The notes: generated from the letters alone by a model not told the origin. DNA of 64,000 nucleotides from an uncultured Chloroflexia bacterium (GCA_963700285.1 CAVOXA010000014.1:192001-256000); one strand, 5' to 3'. Positions 47,694 to 57,074 are shown, counted from the first letter of the stretch. Numbers and translations: made by a program.

Positions 47694-47930
47694 TCAGCAG
47701 TCGTGTGGATGGGGATGACCATGATCTGCCATTGACCCACCCAGCTTCTCCAAGGCTGCCGCCAACGCCTCATTGGCTGATTCCATCCGAGCTGCTGCCA
47801 CCTCAATGTCAGCTTCCGCTTCGGCCGCCAACTCCGCCCAAAGACGGAACTGGGCTGCATGCTCGACATTGTGCTCGATCCAGTGAGGCAGCATTGCTCT
47901 CAGCTTGTCCCGTCCGATCATGGCTGCCAT
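47694..47930 (-). CDS. Small His-rich putative metal-binding protein
   Basis: HWIEHNVEH motif and C-terminal HGHPHPH; next to the CooT-like gene. Confidence 0.7.
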   Translation of the reverse strand: MAAMIGRDKLRAMLPHWIEHNVEHAAQFRLWAELAAEAEADIEVAAARMESANEALAAALEKLGGSMADHGHPHPHDC

Positions 47931-47931
47931 C

Positions 47932-48129
47932 CTATGCTCCCTCCACTGGCACCAGCGTGACCGAGTGTTTCAGAAAGTCAATGCGGCTCACCCTGGCCTT
48001 GACAACCACCGGTTCCTCGAAGAATGCCTGCAAACGCAAACCATTCTCTACCGGTTCCAACAGAACGAGATCCCGCATGATCTCCTCATCCTGACCATTC
48101 TTGGACAAAAAAACCGTTGCTTGGCACAT
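47932..48129 (-). CDS. CooT-family nickel-binding protein
   Basis: 65 aa, N-terminal MC, IDFLKH C-terminal motif. Confidence 0.75.
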   Translation of the reverse strand: MCQATVFLSKNGQDEEIMRDLVLLEPVENGLRLQAFFEEPVVVKARVSRIDFLKHSVTLVPVEGA

Positions 48130-48141
48130 GAGATCCTCCGT

Positions 48142-48447
48142 TCAGGGGCTCTCTCTCAGGATCGCATTCAACTCCTCGGCCCCCACATAGCCCACTACCT
48201 CAATATCCTGCTCTCTGACACCCGGGACCTGAGCCACCGCATCTCGAATGTTGAGTACCAGCGTGACGGCCAGTGGGCAGAGGGGTGACGAAGGCCGAAA
48301 CCTGTAGCGCACGAGTCCTGTCTTGCTCTCCACCTGCAGATCTTCAATGAGCCGCATGCGGATCACATCCACGCCTGTCTCCGGGTCAATGACCTGGCTC
48401 AGAGCCTCGATGATGGCGTGTTTGAGTTCGATAGAGTGAACGTCCAT
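48142..48447 (-). CDS. DUF59 (SufT-like) metal-sulfur cluster assembly protein
   Basis: LSQVIDPETGVDVI, PLCPLA. Confidence 0.85.
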   Translation of the reverse strand: MDVHSIELKHAIIEALSQVIDPETGVDVIRMRLIEDLQVESKTGLVRYRFRPSSPLCPLAVTLVLNIRDAVAQVPGVREQDIEVVGYVGAEELNAILRESP

Positions 48448-48448
48448 C

Positions 48449-49333
48449 CTACTCCTCCAGTCTTGCGCTGACGTTCAGCCACATTTCCGCTAGCGCTCCC
48501 GTCATTGCCCCTTTGGGCTGGTAGGCCGTTACCGGCTGTCCCCGGACCATGGCCTCAGTGACGATGGTGTCATAGGGCAACTTGCCCACCACCTCGATGC
48601 CCTCAGAAGCGCAGTAGGCTTCGATGGCAGTCGTATAGGCCGGGCTGAGATCCGCCTTGTTGATACACACCAGCGCCGGCACACCAAAGTGATTCACCGT
48701 ACCCAGCGCTCGTTCCAGATCGTGGATGCCGGACACGGTGGGCTCTACCACCAGCAGGGCCAGGTCTGCGCCTGCACTGGCCGAAATAACCGGGCAGCCG
48801 ATACCGGGCGGCCCGTCGACGATAAGCAGCTCGCGGCCCTCGTCCAGGGCCAGCAGCCGGCCGTGCTGTTTGACCAGGGTCACCAGTTTGCCCGAGTTCT
48901 CCTGTGCAGCGAACAGGTGGGCGTGGAACAGCGGCCCGAAGCGTGTGTCCGATCGAAACCAGAGCCCGGCGTGCTGCTCCTCACAGTGAATGGCCGTTTC
49001 TGGGCACTGGGTTACGCACGAGGCGCAGCCCTCGCAGGCCAGCGGGTCCACACGGTAGGTGTCATCACCTGGGATGACGGCGTCGAACCGGCAGACCTCG
49101 TGGCAGCGCCCGCACAGTCCACACAGATCGGGATCAATGATGGCCACCTGCCCGCCCATGAATACATGTTCTTCTACTTGGACCGGATCCAAGACCAGGC
49201 CCAAATTGGCGGCATCCACGTCGGCGTCGGCCAAGACGATGGGCTTCTCTTGCGAAGCCAGGTGAGCCAGGGCGGCCACCACTGAGGTCTTGCCCGTGCC
49301 GCCCTTTCCGCTGAGGATCACCAATTGCTTCAT
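48449..49333 (-). CDS. MinD/CobQ-like P-loop ATPase with inserted ferredoxin domain (COG1149)
   Basis: SGKGGTGKT, DADVD, two CxxCxxC motifs, DGPPGIGCPV. Confidence 0.9.
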   Translation of the reverse strand: MKQLVILSGKGGTGKTSVVAALAHLASQEKPIVLADADVDAANLGLVLDPVQVEEHVFMGGQVAIIDPDLCGLCGRCHEVCRFDAVIPGDDTYRVDPLACEGCASCVTQCPETAIHCEEQHAGLWFRSDTRFGPLFHAHLFAAQENSGKLVTLVKQHGRLLALDEGRELLIVDGPPGIGCPVISASAGADLALLVVEPTVSGIHDLERALGTVNHFGVPALVCINKADLSPAYTTAIEAYCASEGIEVVGKLPYDTIVTEAMVRGQPVTAYQPKGAMTGALAEMWLNVSARLEE

Positions 49334-50202
49334 AGAGCCACCTCTTGGGCGATCTGTTCATAAAGTCTGACAAAGCGGGGGCGATACTCGGGCAGTGCCT
49401 CTACCAGCGCCTTCCCGTCCGAAACAGCTTCCGCGATGCGGCGGTCCAACGGAATGCGCATCAAGATCAGTATGCCCTCGCTGGCACAGTACTGCTCCAC
49501 ACCCTCATCGCCGACGCCATCGCGGTTGATGATGACACCCACCGGCAGGCCCAGCTCGTCGCGGGCGACCTCCACTGCCAGACGCAGGTCATGCAAGCCA
49601 AAGGGCGTCGGCTCGGTGACCATCAGCACAAAGTCGGCATCGCGCATCGTCTCTACCACGGGGCAAGAAGTGCCAGGCGACGAGTCGAGGATCACCACAC
49701 GGTCATCTGCTGCGGCCAGGTACTTTTTTTTGAGCTGGTGGATGATGGGCACGGGCATGGCCTGACCCACGTCCAATGTACCCTGGGCGAAATCGATCAG
49801 CCCCGTCGAACCTGATTCCAGGGTGCCCGTGACGTTGAGTACCTCGTGAAGCGCTTCTTCCGGGCAGTTGAGCGTACAACTGCCACAACCATGGCACAGT
49901 TCGGGGAAGATGAGCACCCTTTTGCCCACGACAGCGATGGCATGCCAGACACAGACCTCGGCACAGCGGCCACAGAAGGTGCACTTGGCATAGTCCACCT
50001 CGGGGATCAGGATGCCGACCTCATCGCGGTGGTCCAGCTCTGGTTGGAGAAAGAGGGCGGCGTTGGGTTCTTCTACGTCGCAGTCCAGGAAGAGCGGATT
50101 GGCAGAACTGGCGGATCGATGCGCTGTCATCGACAGCGCCAAACTGGTAGCGACGGTGGTCTTGCCCGTACCTCCTTTACCACTTGCAACGACAATCATC
50201 AT
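49330..50202 (-). CDS. MinD/CobQ-like P-loop ATPase with inserted ferredoxin domain (COG1149), paralog
   Basis: SGKGGTGKTT, DCDVEEPN, two CxxCxxC motifs, VTEPTPFGLHDL. Confidence 0.9.
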   Translation of the reverse strand: MMIVVASGKGGTGKTTVATSLALSMTAHRSASSANPLFLDCDVEEPNAALFLQPELDHRDEVGILIPEVDYAKCTFCGRCAEVCVWHAIAVVGKRVLIFPELCHGCGSCTLNCPEEALHEVLNVTGTLESGSTGLIDFAQGTLDVGQAMPVPIIHQLKKKYLAAADDRVVILDSSPGTSCPVVETMRDADFVLMVTEPTPFGLHDLRLAVEVARDELGLPVGVIINRDGVGDEGVEQYCASEGILILMRIPLDRRIAEAVSDGKALVEALPEYRPRFVRLYEQIAQEVAL

Positions 50203-50286
50203 GTCAGAGCTTCCTCCGGTTCAGTTTCGGCCTCACTTGCGTCCCACCTCCAGCACCCCTGCCAGAGAGAGTCGAGGTGAGATGGA

Positions 50287-51453
50287 TCATTCAGTCAGGT
50301 CCGCGAGCGCCTCGGCCAACGTCGCGGCTTGTATCAGCCGTGTCTCCACGCCCGCGTCAGCAAACACGTAGGCCGGCCCCTTGCCTTGAACATCCTGGCG
50401 CAGCAGGACCACGTCAGTCTTGAGGGCCACCAACCACTCACCCACGCGAATGCCCTTGGCCTTCTCCGCGCCCGTTTGGGGATTGGCCAGCACTTCCTGG
50501 CGCTCAACCTGGCCATCGGACGTGCGAACCGTTGCGAGAGCAAAGTAGGGCGATTCGCCGAAATGTTCGCTAACCGTCCCGCCCACATCGGCCAGAGGTA
50601 CGGCGTAGCGCAAGTGAGTGCGCACTTGCGGCTCGTAATGGATCAACACCCGTTCTACGTGGGGCACCTGTACACGGATGGCCTTTTCCAGGCGTTGGCT
50701 GACGGCGTGGGCTTTTTCCAGATCGTCCACCCTCAGGGCCAGGTCGGCTTCCAGGAATCGATAGCGGCCCGCGTTGCGCCCCACCACCCACCGCAGCTCC
50801 GTCACGGTGGGTTCGGCCTCAATGATCGCCCGTACCTGATCCAGCGTTTCGGCGTCCAGGGAGGCATCCAGCAGCACACGCATCCCGTCGGACAATAGCT
50901 CCCAGCCGGTTTTGCAGATGAGCACCACGATGACCAGCGCTGCGTAGCGATCCACCGGGTACCCGATCATCTGGCCGACGAGAGCCAGAAATACTACCCC
51001 CGACGAAAAGACGTGGGCGCGGTACTCCTGGGCGTCGGCCATCAGGCTGGGTGAGTTGAGTCTCCGGCCCACCCGCATCTCGTAGAAGCTGAAGGCCAGC
51101 GGTACGACCGCCGACACCGCCACACCGGCCAGCATCCAGCCGTTGACCGTCGTCGCCTGAGCGTCACCAAAGAGTGCCTGCTTGGCGATCTCGTAGCCTG
51201 TGAAAAAGATGAGGATCGAGATGCCCACGGCCACCACGTTCTCCACCTTGTAGAGCCCGTAGGGAAAGTCTCGGCTCTCCCGCTCCGAGATCTTGACCCC
51301 TGCCAGCACGGCCACCGAGGCGACCAGGTCCACCAGGTTGTGGACCATCTCGGCGGCCACCGCCAAGCTGCCCGAGGCCGCCGCGATGGCAAGGTTCAGC
51401 AGGCTGAGAAAGATATTTACAGCAATGGATGCCCAGGCAACTCGCGAAGCCAC
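50287..51453 (-). CDS. Cation diffusion facilitator fused to a NifB/NifX-type domain
   Basis: GSLAVAAEMVHNLVD, FPYGLYKVE, IHYEP; C-terminal SEHFGESPYF; GTG start at 51453. Confidence 0.85.
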   Translation of the reverse strand: MASRVAWASIAVNIFLSLLNLAIAAASGSLAVAAEMVHNLVDLVASVAVLAGVKISERESRDFPYGLYKVENVVAVGISILIFFTGYEIAKQALFGDAQATTVNGWMLAGVAVSAVVPLAFSFYEMRVGRRLNSPSLMADAQEYRAHVFSSGVVFLALVGQMIGYPVDRYAALVIVVLICKTGWELLSDGMRVLLDASLDAETLDQVRAIIEAEPTVTELRWVVGRNAGRYRFLEADLALRVDDLEKAHAVSQRLEKAIRVQVPHVERVLIHYEPQVRTHLRYAVPLADVGGTVSEHFGESPYFALATVRTSDGQVERQEVLANPQTGAEKAKGIRVGEWLVALKTDVVLLRQDVQGKGPAYVFADAGVETRLIQAATLAEALADLTE

Positions 51454-51498
51454 GTCGTCCCCTCTGTCCTTCTTGATACTGTTGGAAAATCCTGACAT

Positions 51499-51604
51499 TG
51501 TCACTGCGAGCGAAGCGAAGCAGTCCCCAACACAGTCAAAAGTGGGGATTGCTTTCCTGTCGCTGCGCTCAGGACAGGCTCTCGCTGCGCTCGTCGCAAT
51601 GACA
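51499..51604. repeat. Palindromic TGTCAxTGCGA..TCGCAATGACA repeat element with nested GCTCAGGACAGG unit
   Basis: Terminal inverted repeats; intergenic. Confidence 0.65.
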
Positions 51605-51668
51605 GGTGTGACATTCTTCCACCAGTAACTTCTTGCACAACCAGTCGCACGGGGCTGGTCGCGGGCGG

Positions 51669-51875
51669 CTAATCCCGCATCATCTGCGCGCCGCATTTGG
51701 GGCACTTGGTGTCGTAACAGGGCTGCCCGGTCTGGTGCGAAACTCGATGCCCGCACATGGGGCAGATGCAGCTACCGGCGGGCCCGGCGGCTTTGGATCC
51801 GCCCATGCGCCCTGGCCCACGGCCTCGACCGCGACCACCCCCTTGACCAGCTCCGCCCCCCTGTCCTCGACCCAT
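51669..51875 (-). CDS. Small Gly/Arg-rich zinc-ribbon protein
   Basis: CICPMCG..GQPC..CPKCG; GGAGGG RBS. Confidence 0.75.
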   Translation of the reverse strand: MGRGQGGGAGQGGGRGRGRGPGRMGGSKAAGPAGSCICPMCGHRVSHQTGQPCYDTKCPKCGAQMMRD

Positions 51876-51904
51876 GTTGCCCTCCTGCCCTCCTTCTGTA
51901 TCCG

Positions 51905-52387
51905 CTATTGGCTCAACTGGTTCAGCCGGCGGCCTACTTCTTCCAGTTGCTGCTGGAGCATCTCGGCTTCCTCGCGCAGCCGGCCCGCATCGTCCTGTTC
52001 GTACTCGCCTTCGGACGGCAGATGCCCATGCTTCTGGCTCTCCACGCATGGCTCTGCGCCCTGGAGCTGGCCGCCCAGGTAACGCTCCAACGACTGGCTC
52101 ACTGTCCCATAGGCCCCGGTGACACCATCGATCCCATACTGCTGGAAGAACATGATGGCCCGGCCGCCCATGCCGCCGGTGAGCATCACGTTCGCCCCCA
52201 GGCCGTTGATGAACCCCGGAACCTGGCCCGGCTGGTGCTGCCCATAGAAGGGGTTGTCCACTTCACGAACTCCGATGACGTCCTGGTCCTGCAAATCCAC
52301 CAGGATGAAATGGGGACAGCGCCCAAAGTGGGGGCTGACGACGCTGTCCAGGCCATTCTTGTTGTCGGCTGAAACGGCAATACGCAC
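51905..52387 (-). CDS. NifB/NifX-family (FeMo-co-binding domain) protein
   Basis: VSPHFGRCPHF, GGMGGRA. Confidence 0.85.
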   Translation of the reverse strand: MRIAVSADNKNGLDSVVSPHFGRCPHFILVDLQDQDVIGVREVDNPFYGQHQPGQVPGFINGLGANVMLTGGMGGRAIMFFQQYGIDGVTGAYGTVSQSLERYLGGQLQGAEPCVESQKHGHLPSEGEYEQDDAGRLREEAEMLQQQLEEVGRRLNQLSQ

Positions 52388-52390
52388 CGG

Positions 52391-52945
52391 CTAACCCTCC
52401 TTCTCCAGTTTGTCGATCTTTTCCATTGTCTCGGCCAGTTGCTGGCGCAGGCCCTTGAGCGTTTCGCGCAGCTCGTCCATTTCCGATCCGCTGGCAGCCT
52501 GAGGCTCCGGCTGAATCGGTGCGGATTGCTGCATCCCACGGCCCATGCCCGCTCCACGCCGGCCCCCCATGCCGCGCCCCATGCCCATTCCTGCGTGGCC
52601 GGCCACATTGGCCCCGGCCATCGGCCGGAGTTGGCCTGCCCGGTAGGCTTCCACGGCCTGGCGAACTGTTCCCTCCCCGACCAGGTATCCCGGCACGCCA
52701 GCGGCCTGCAGTACCTCAAAGGCATTCGGCCCCAGGTTGCCGGTCAGTACGGCCTGGGCGCCCTGGTTTACTACGAATTGGGCGGCCTGAATGCCCGCCC
52801 CGCCACCCTGATTCATGGCCGGGTTGGGAACCGCTTCGAACTCGAGCGTCTCGGTATCCACAAACACGTAGGTCGGACACCGGCCAAAGACCGGGCTCGC
52901 CGGTGCATCCAGGTTCTCGCCTTGCGCAGATACTACAATCTTCAT
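52391..52945 (-). CDS. NifB/NifX-family protein, Orange protein-like
   Basis: FGRCPTY, GAGIQAAQ, TGNLGPNAF; GMGRG tail and coiled coil. Confidence 0.85.
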   Translation of the reverse strand: MKIVVSAQGENLDAPASPVFGRCPTYVFVDTETLEFEAVPNPAMNQGGGAGIQAAQFVVNQGAQAVLTGNLGPNAFEVLQAAGVPGYLVGEGTVRQAVEAYRAGQLRPMAGANVAGHAGMGMGRGMGGRRGAGMGRGMQQSAPIQPEPQAASGSEMDELRETLKGLRQQLAETMEKIDKLEKEG

Positions 52946-53160
52946 CTTTGGAATCTCCTATCCGCCGGCTTGATCCGCCGGTGTCATCTGATAGTGGTGG
53001 TTCCCCCATGGCGGGTACCTGCCATCGTTCGGCTGAGGACTTTGGGGCTCGGTCCAACCGCTGGGATCCATCTACCCCCGGGCAGATGGGGAAAGCGGGG
53101 AGCGGAGCGTAGGCGGCTACGTCAGGTGTCCCGCCCCGGCGCCCTCCCCAGCATACTGCC

Positions 53161-53571
53161 TTATTCCTGGACCAACTCGTCCATCCGTTGGCTGATGGCG
53201 TCGAGATGGTCCTTCAGCCACTGTGCTTCATCCCTGAGCATCTCAAGCTCTTGCTCCTGCGATGGAGGTTCATAGGAAACCCCATAGGGGCCCCTATAAG
53301 CCACAGCCGGGGGTGGCCCCCACCGCGCCCAACGCGGCGGACCGGCGTCGTAAACCTGATGCCGCCAGCCCCAGGCCCCACCACGTCCCGCGCCGTAGCC
53401 GACCCAACGTCGGCCATACATCCCAGCACCGCCTCGTCCGAAAAACCTTCGACCTGGCCCCGGATTAGCCCAGCCGGGTGCGTCGTAGCCGCCACAGTAG
53501 CCCACGCCCCGGCCCGTCCCTGGTCCCATGCCTGACGGACCCGTACCGTCTCCTGCTGGCATTCTGCTCAC
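53161..53571 (-). CDS. DUF5320-like protein
   Basis: MPAGDGTGPSGMGPGTGRGVGYC; C-terminal coiled coil. Confidence 0.8.
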   Translation of the reverse strand: MSRMPAGDGTGPSGMGPGTGRGVGYCGGYDAPGWANPGPGRRFFGRGGAGMYGRRWVGYGAGRGGAWGWRHQVYDAGPPRWARWGPPPAVAYRGPYGVSYEPPSQEQELEMLRDEAQWLKDHLDAISQRMDELVQE

Positions 53572-53602
53572 CTCCCTTCTTTCACGAATTCGATATCTCT
53601 AC

Positions 53603-53776
53603 CTAGTTTACCTCGATGATAGCGTCCTCAGGGCACTCGTCAAAACAGATTCCGCATTCCAGGCATTCTTCCGGGTCGATGAAGGCATGGCCATCGACCA
53701 TCGAGATCCCCTCGTTGGGACATACATCCACGCAGGTCTCACAGCCGCTACACTTTTCAATGTCCACCTGATACAT
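53603..53776 (-). CDS. Clostridial-type 2x[4Fe-4S] ferredoxin (57 aa, absent from the ORF track)
   Basis: MYQVDIEKCSGCETCVDVCPNEGISMVDGHAFIDPEECLECGICFDECPEDAIIEVN; GAGGAG RBS. Confidence 0.9.
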   Translation of the reverse strand: MYQVDIEKCSGCETCVDVCPNEGISMVDGHAFIDPEECLECGICFDECPEDAIIEVN

Positions 53777-53954
53777 CTTGTACTCTCCTCTATGGGTCTT
53801 GTCCGGCCACGACCAACCCGGTCTCTATTGGCCGGCATGCATCTGCATGAAACTCGACGCTTGCGCCTGCGGCGTCCGCTTGGCCAGTTCCCGCGCAATG
53901 GGCGCAAAGGCCCTGGCAGGGTACTCTTGTATCTCCCCCTGTTCAATCCGTCCT

Positions 53955-54353
53955 TCAGGACACCCGCCGGTGCACGGTCATGTGCAGGTCGTACACTTTT
54001 AGGAAGTCGTGGAGCATCCGGTCGGTCTCCCTGAGATCATCTACCCACCAGGCCAGGTAGCCGTCGCCCTTCTCCGTGATCTGGTACAGGCGGCGGGCCG
54101 GACCGGCGCTGCCGGTATCCCAGCGTGAAGTGACAAGACCCCGATCTTCCAGGCTACGCAGAAGGCGGTAGACCGTGCTCGAGTCGGCCGGATTCTGCTC
54201 AAAGCCAAACTGCTTCAGGCCCTCCAGGAGCTCGTAGCCGTGAGCCTCACTATCGTGTAGCAGCATCAGCAGACACGGCTCTACAAAGCGGTGTATGCGC
54301 CTCGGGCAGGCTTCCTGCGACTGCCCGTCTCGCCAGCGGCGACCAGAGCGCAT
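53955..54353 (-). CDS. PadR-family transcriptional regulator
   Basis: HGYEL, STVYRLLRSLE, GPARRLYQITEKG. Confidence 0.9.
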   Translation of the reverse strand: MRSGRRWRDGQSQEACPRRIHRFVEPCLLMLLHDSEAHGYELLEGLKQFGFEQNPADSSTVYRLLRSLEDRGLVTSRWDTGSAGPARRLYQITEKGDGYLAWWVDDLRETDRMLHDFLKVYDLHMTVHRRVS

Positions 54354-54407
54354 CCGTACCTACCTTTACTTGTCATCTATGTGCACGATGCACATAACTG
54401 TCTTAGT

Positions 54408-54455
54408 ATGATACCCTACGGTCCATTCGTTGTCATCAGAGGGATGATTGATCTT
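54408..54455 (-). promoter_or_regulatory. Promoter with shared palindromic operator (copy 3)
   Basis: Minus strand ATGACA-17 bp-TATCAT; plus strand GTCATC-N5-GATGAT-TGATCT. Confidence 0.65.
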
Positions 54456-54638
54456 GTATTCCACAAACTGAGAGCGCTAAAGGCCGGTCTTTCTCCACAT
54501 TTGCTGATGGCCCCTGCGCAAAAGTCGTAGGCACAAAGATAAGGATTTGAAGTCGAGCAAGACGCGTGTCTGGTGCTTTGTTCTTTGCTTTCACCCTGTG
54601 CGTAGGATGGAGCGGCCATCCGTGATCCAGATGGCTCA

Positions 54639-54686
54639 GTGGTATCTCTGGTCTTGCGGGTTATCATCAGAGTGATGACGGATCTT
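54639..54686 (-). promoter_or_regulatory. Promoter with shared palindromic operator (copy 4, weaker -10)
   Basis: Minus strand ATGATA-17 bp-TACCAC; plus strand ATCATC-N5-GATGAC-GGATCT. Confidence 0.45.
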
Positions 54687-54695
54687 TGCCTCAAC

Positions 54696-54722
54696 AAAAA
54701 GACCGCCCTGAGGCGGTCTTTT
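54696..54722. terminator. Bidirectional intrinsic terminator
   Basis: AAAAAGACCGCC-CTGA-GGCGGTCTTTT. Confidence 0.75.
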
Positions 54723-54741
54723 GGCATTCGCGGATTCAGCA

Positions 54742-54823
54742 TACTAGAGGACTCGTAGGCGTTCCGATGGTACGCTGGGGCCTACTAGAGGATTCGTAGG
54801 CCTTTTTTTGATGCGCTGGGGCC
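54742..54823. repeat. Two imperfect tandem 41-bp repeats
   Basis: TACTAGAGGAyTCGTAGGC-N-TrCGCTGGGGCC twice. Confidence 0.7.
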
Positions 54824-54834
54824 ACTCGCTAAAG

Positions 54835-55507
54835 CTACTCGCTCCCTAGACTGTCATCCAGCGAAGTGATTCCTTCCTGCAAGGCGTACAACGTCGCCTG
54901 CACCCGGTTCGCCAGGTGCAGTTTGCCGAGAATGTTGCTGACGTGGGTACGTACGGTTGCCTCGGTGACCACCAACTGCCGGGCAATCTCAGGATTGCTC
55001 AGTCCCTTTCGCTACCAGGCGCAGGACCTCCATCTCCCGATCGGTAAGCGGATCGGGCGTCGGCGGACGCGCAGGCGGATGTCTCAGTTCCTTGAGTACC
55101 TTCTGAGCGATGCTCGGTTGCAACGAGGGTTCACCGCGGTAGACCTGTTGGATGGCTTCAACTAGATCTGCCGGTTCAGAATCCTTGAGGAGATAGCCCA
55201 GGGCCCCGGACTTGATGGCAGGAAGGACTTTGTCGTCGCCGGCAAAGCTGGTCAGAACCAGGATGCGCGACTCGGGATTGTGTTCCGTGATCTGACGGGT
55301 GGCTTCGATGCCGTCCAGGCCGGGCATCACCAGATCCATCAGGACCACGTCAGGGTTCAGCGCTTGCGCTTGGGCCAGGGCCTCATGCCCATCGCTGGCC
55401 TCCCCCACCACCTCTATGTCCTCGAACTCTGCCAGCAGCGCCTGGATGCCCCTGCGGACGATGGCATGGTCGTCCACAATCAGTACCCGGATGGCTGGTT
55501 GATCCAT
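54835..55507 (-). CDS. NarL/LuxR-family response regulator (frameshift near 55005)
   Basis: VLIVDDH, VLMDLVMP, LTDREMEVLRLVAKG, then in the shifted frame EIARQLVVTEATVRTHVSNILGKL. Confidence 0.88.
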
Positions 55508-55589
55508 TGCTGCTACCTCCCCTGGCACGGCGTTGGCAACCGAGGCTTCGAGACTCGCATAAAGATGTATCGCAGATCCTCAGCCCCAA

Positions 55590-57074
55590 TCACGAATCCA
55601 AGCTCTCGATGCCCATATCCCGCACCTCTACCCTCAGCGTCGTCCCCTCATCCGGGGCGCTCTCGATGGCGAACGAGCCGTGGATCCGCTCCACCCGCTG
55701 TTTTATCCCGAGCAACCCCATTCCACCGCTTCGCAGGGCCATAGCGGGGTCAAATCCGACCCCGTCATCCGTGACTTTCAGGCAGACACCCTCACCCTCA
55801 AACTTCAAGTCGACTACCACCTGGCCGGCGCCGGCGTGCTTGAGCACATTGTTGAGGGCCTCCAGGGCAATGCGGAAAAGCTCCTCCTCTACCAGCATCG
55901 GCAAGCGCCGCTCGCCCTCCACACGTATCTCGGTCTGCAGCCGCGCGCGGCTTTCCACGGAAGCCAATCTTGCTTGCAGGGCGGCAATTAGCCCCTCTTC
56001 TTCCAGCACGGGGGGATGCAACTCAAAGATGAGCATCCGCATGTCAACCATCGCCTCGCGGGCCATGTTGTGCAGTTCTTGCACGTTCTCAGCCGCCACT
56101 TGTGGCTTCTCGGCCAACAGCGCCAGACGGGTGGCCTCGGCATAGAGGGTCACACTATACAGCGCCTGGGTCACAGAGTCGTGCAGTTCCCGCGCCAGAC
56201 GGCTGCGCTCGGCAGCTACGGCCTGTTCTCTGGCCTGCTCTTCAAGCGCCTCCTCAGCCCGCCTGCGCTCGGTGATGTCACGATTGCTGCCGCGCCTGCC
56301 CAGGTAGTTCCCGTTGGATCCATATACCGGCTGGCAAACGTGCTCAAGCCAGCGCTCGTCGCCGCCGCGGGTGATGATGCGGAAACCCATAGGATGGACT
56401 GCACTGCCTTCTGCCGGTTCCTCGCGAAGGTGCTCCACCACGATGGCGCGGTCGTCAGGATGGGTGATGGTCTCCAGCAGCCTGGGATCCTCTTGAAACT
56501 CCTCGGAGCGGTATCCGGTGATGCGCTCGCACGACGGCGAAACGTACAAATAGCCGCCGTCCGGGTCCACCCAATACTCCCAGTCGTAGGTGAAATCGGC
56601 CACGGTGCGGAACCGTTCTGCGCTCTCCTTCAGCTCGGTTTCCATGGCCTCGGCATATAGGTGCCCAAAGCGGCCAAGCATGACCCGGAGATAGGCATCC
56701 AAAGCCATCTCTGCTTCGCCTAGGTCTGCAGAGCCAGGCGGGCATGCTTGCCGGATAACCGGGAGTACGGCCGGCCTGAACAGCAGCAGTCCCTCGGTCA
56801 CGTCGGAGATATCAAAACCCATCCGCATGCGGGTGAGCGAGATGTCTTTCAGGTGGGTCTCCATTGGCCCATATGAACCGGTCGACAGCGTCTCGACGGC
56901 GGCCAGGACCCCACGCGACAGCCACGTGCGTATCTCGGCGACTGAATACGCGGCATACCGGGTGCCGGGCAGGTTGTGGGCCATGTCTGCCCACGCGGTC
57001 GCGATATCATCCTGGTACCGAGCAAGGAGCGCAGCAAGCTGCGGTGCCCTGGGCGCGTGTCGAGTCATCGTCAT
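55590..57074 (-). CDS. PAS-domain histidine kinase (HisKA_3) with N-terminal RsbRD-like helical domain
   Basis: PAS/PAC; ERSRLARELHDSVTQ; EALNNVLKHA; DDGVGF; GMGL. Confidence 0.9.
   Translation of the reverse strand: MTMTRHAPRAPQLAALLARYQDDIATAWADMAHNLPGTRYAAYSVAEIRTWLSRGVLAAVETLSTGSYGPMETHLKDISLTRMRMGFDISDVTEGLLLFRPAVLPVIRQACPPGSADLGEAEMALDAYLRVMLGRFGHLYAEAMETELKESAERFRTVADFTYDWEYWVDPDGGYLYVSPSCERITGYRSEEFQEDPRLLETITHPDDRAIVVEHLREEPAEGSAVHPMGFRIITRGGDERWLEHVCQPVYGSNGNYLGRRGSNRDITERRRAEEALEEQAREQAVAAERSRLARELHDSVTQALYSVTLYAEATRLALLAEKPQVAAENVQELHNMAREAMVDMRMLIFELHPPVLEEEGLIAALQARLASVESRARLQTEIRVEGERRLPMLVEEELFRIALEALNNVLKHAGAGQVVVDLKFEGEGVCLKVTDDGVGFDPAMALRSGGMGLLGIKQRVERIHGSFAIESAPDEGTTLRVEVRDMGIESLDS

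Noticed and set aside
45260-52945. Nitrogen fixation cluster
   Set aside because: Only generic NifU and NifX-like domains; no nifH, nifD or nifK, and the P-loop ATPases are COG1149-type.
52983-53005. Fifth copy of the GTCATC promoter palindrome
   Set aside because: Second half-site is poor and there is no -10 at 17 bp.
54742-54823. Mini CRISPR array
   Set aside because: Only two units, with variable parts of about 10 bp, and no cas genes.
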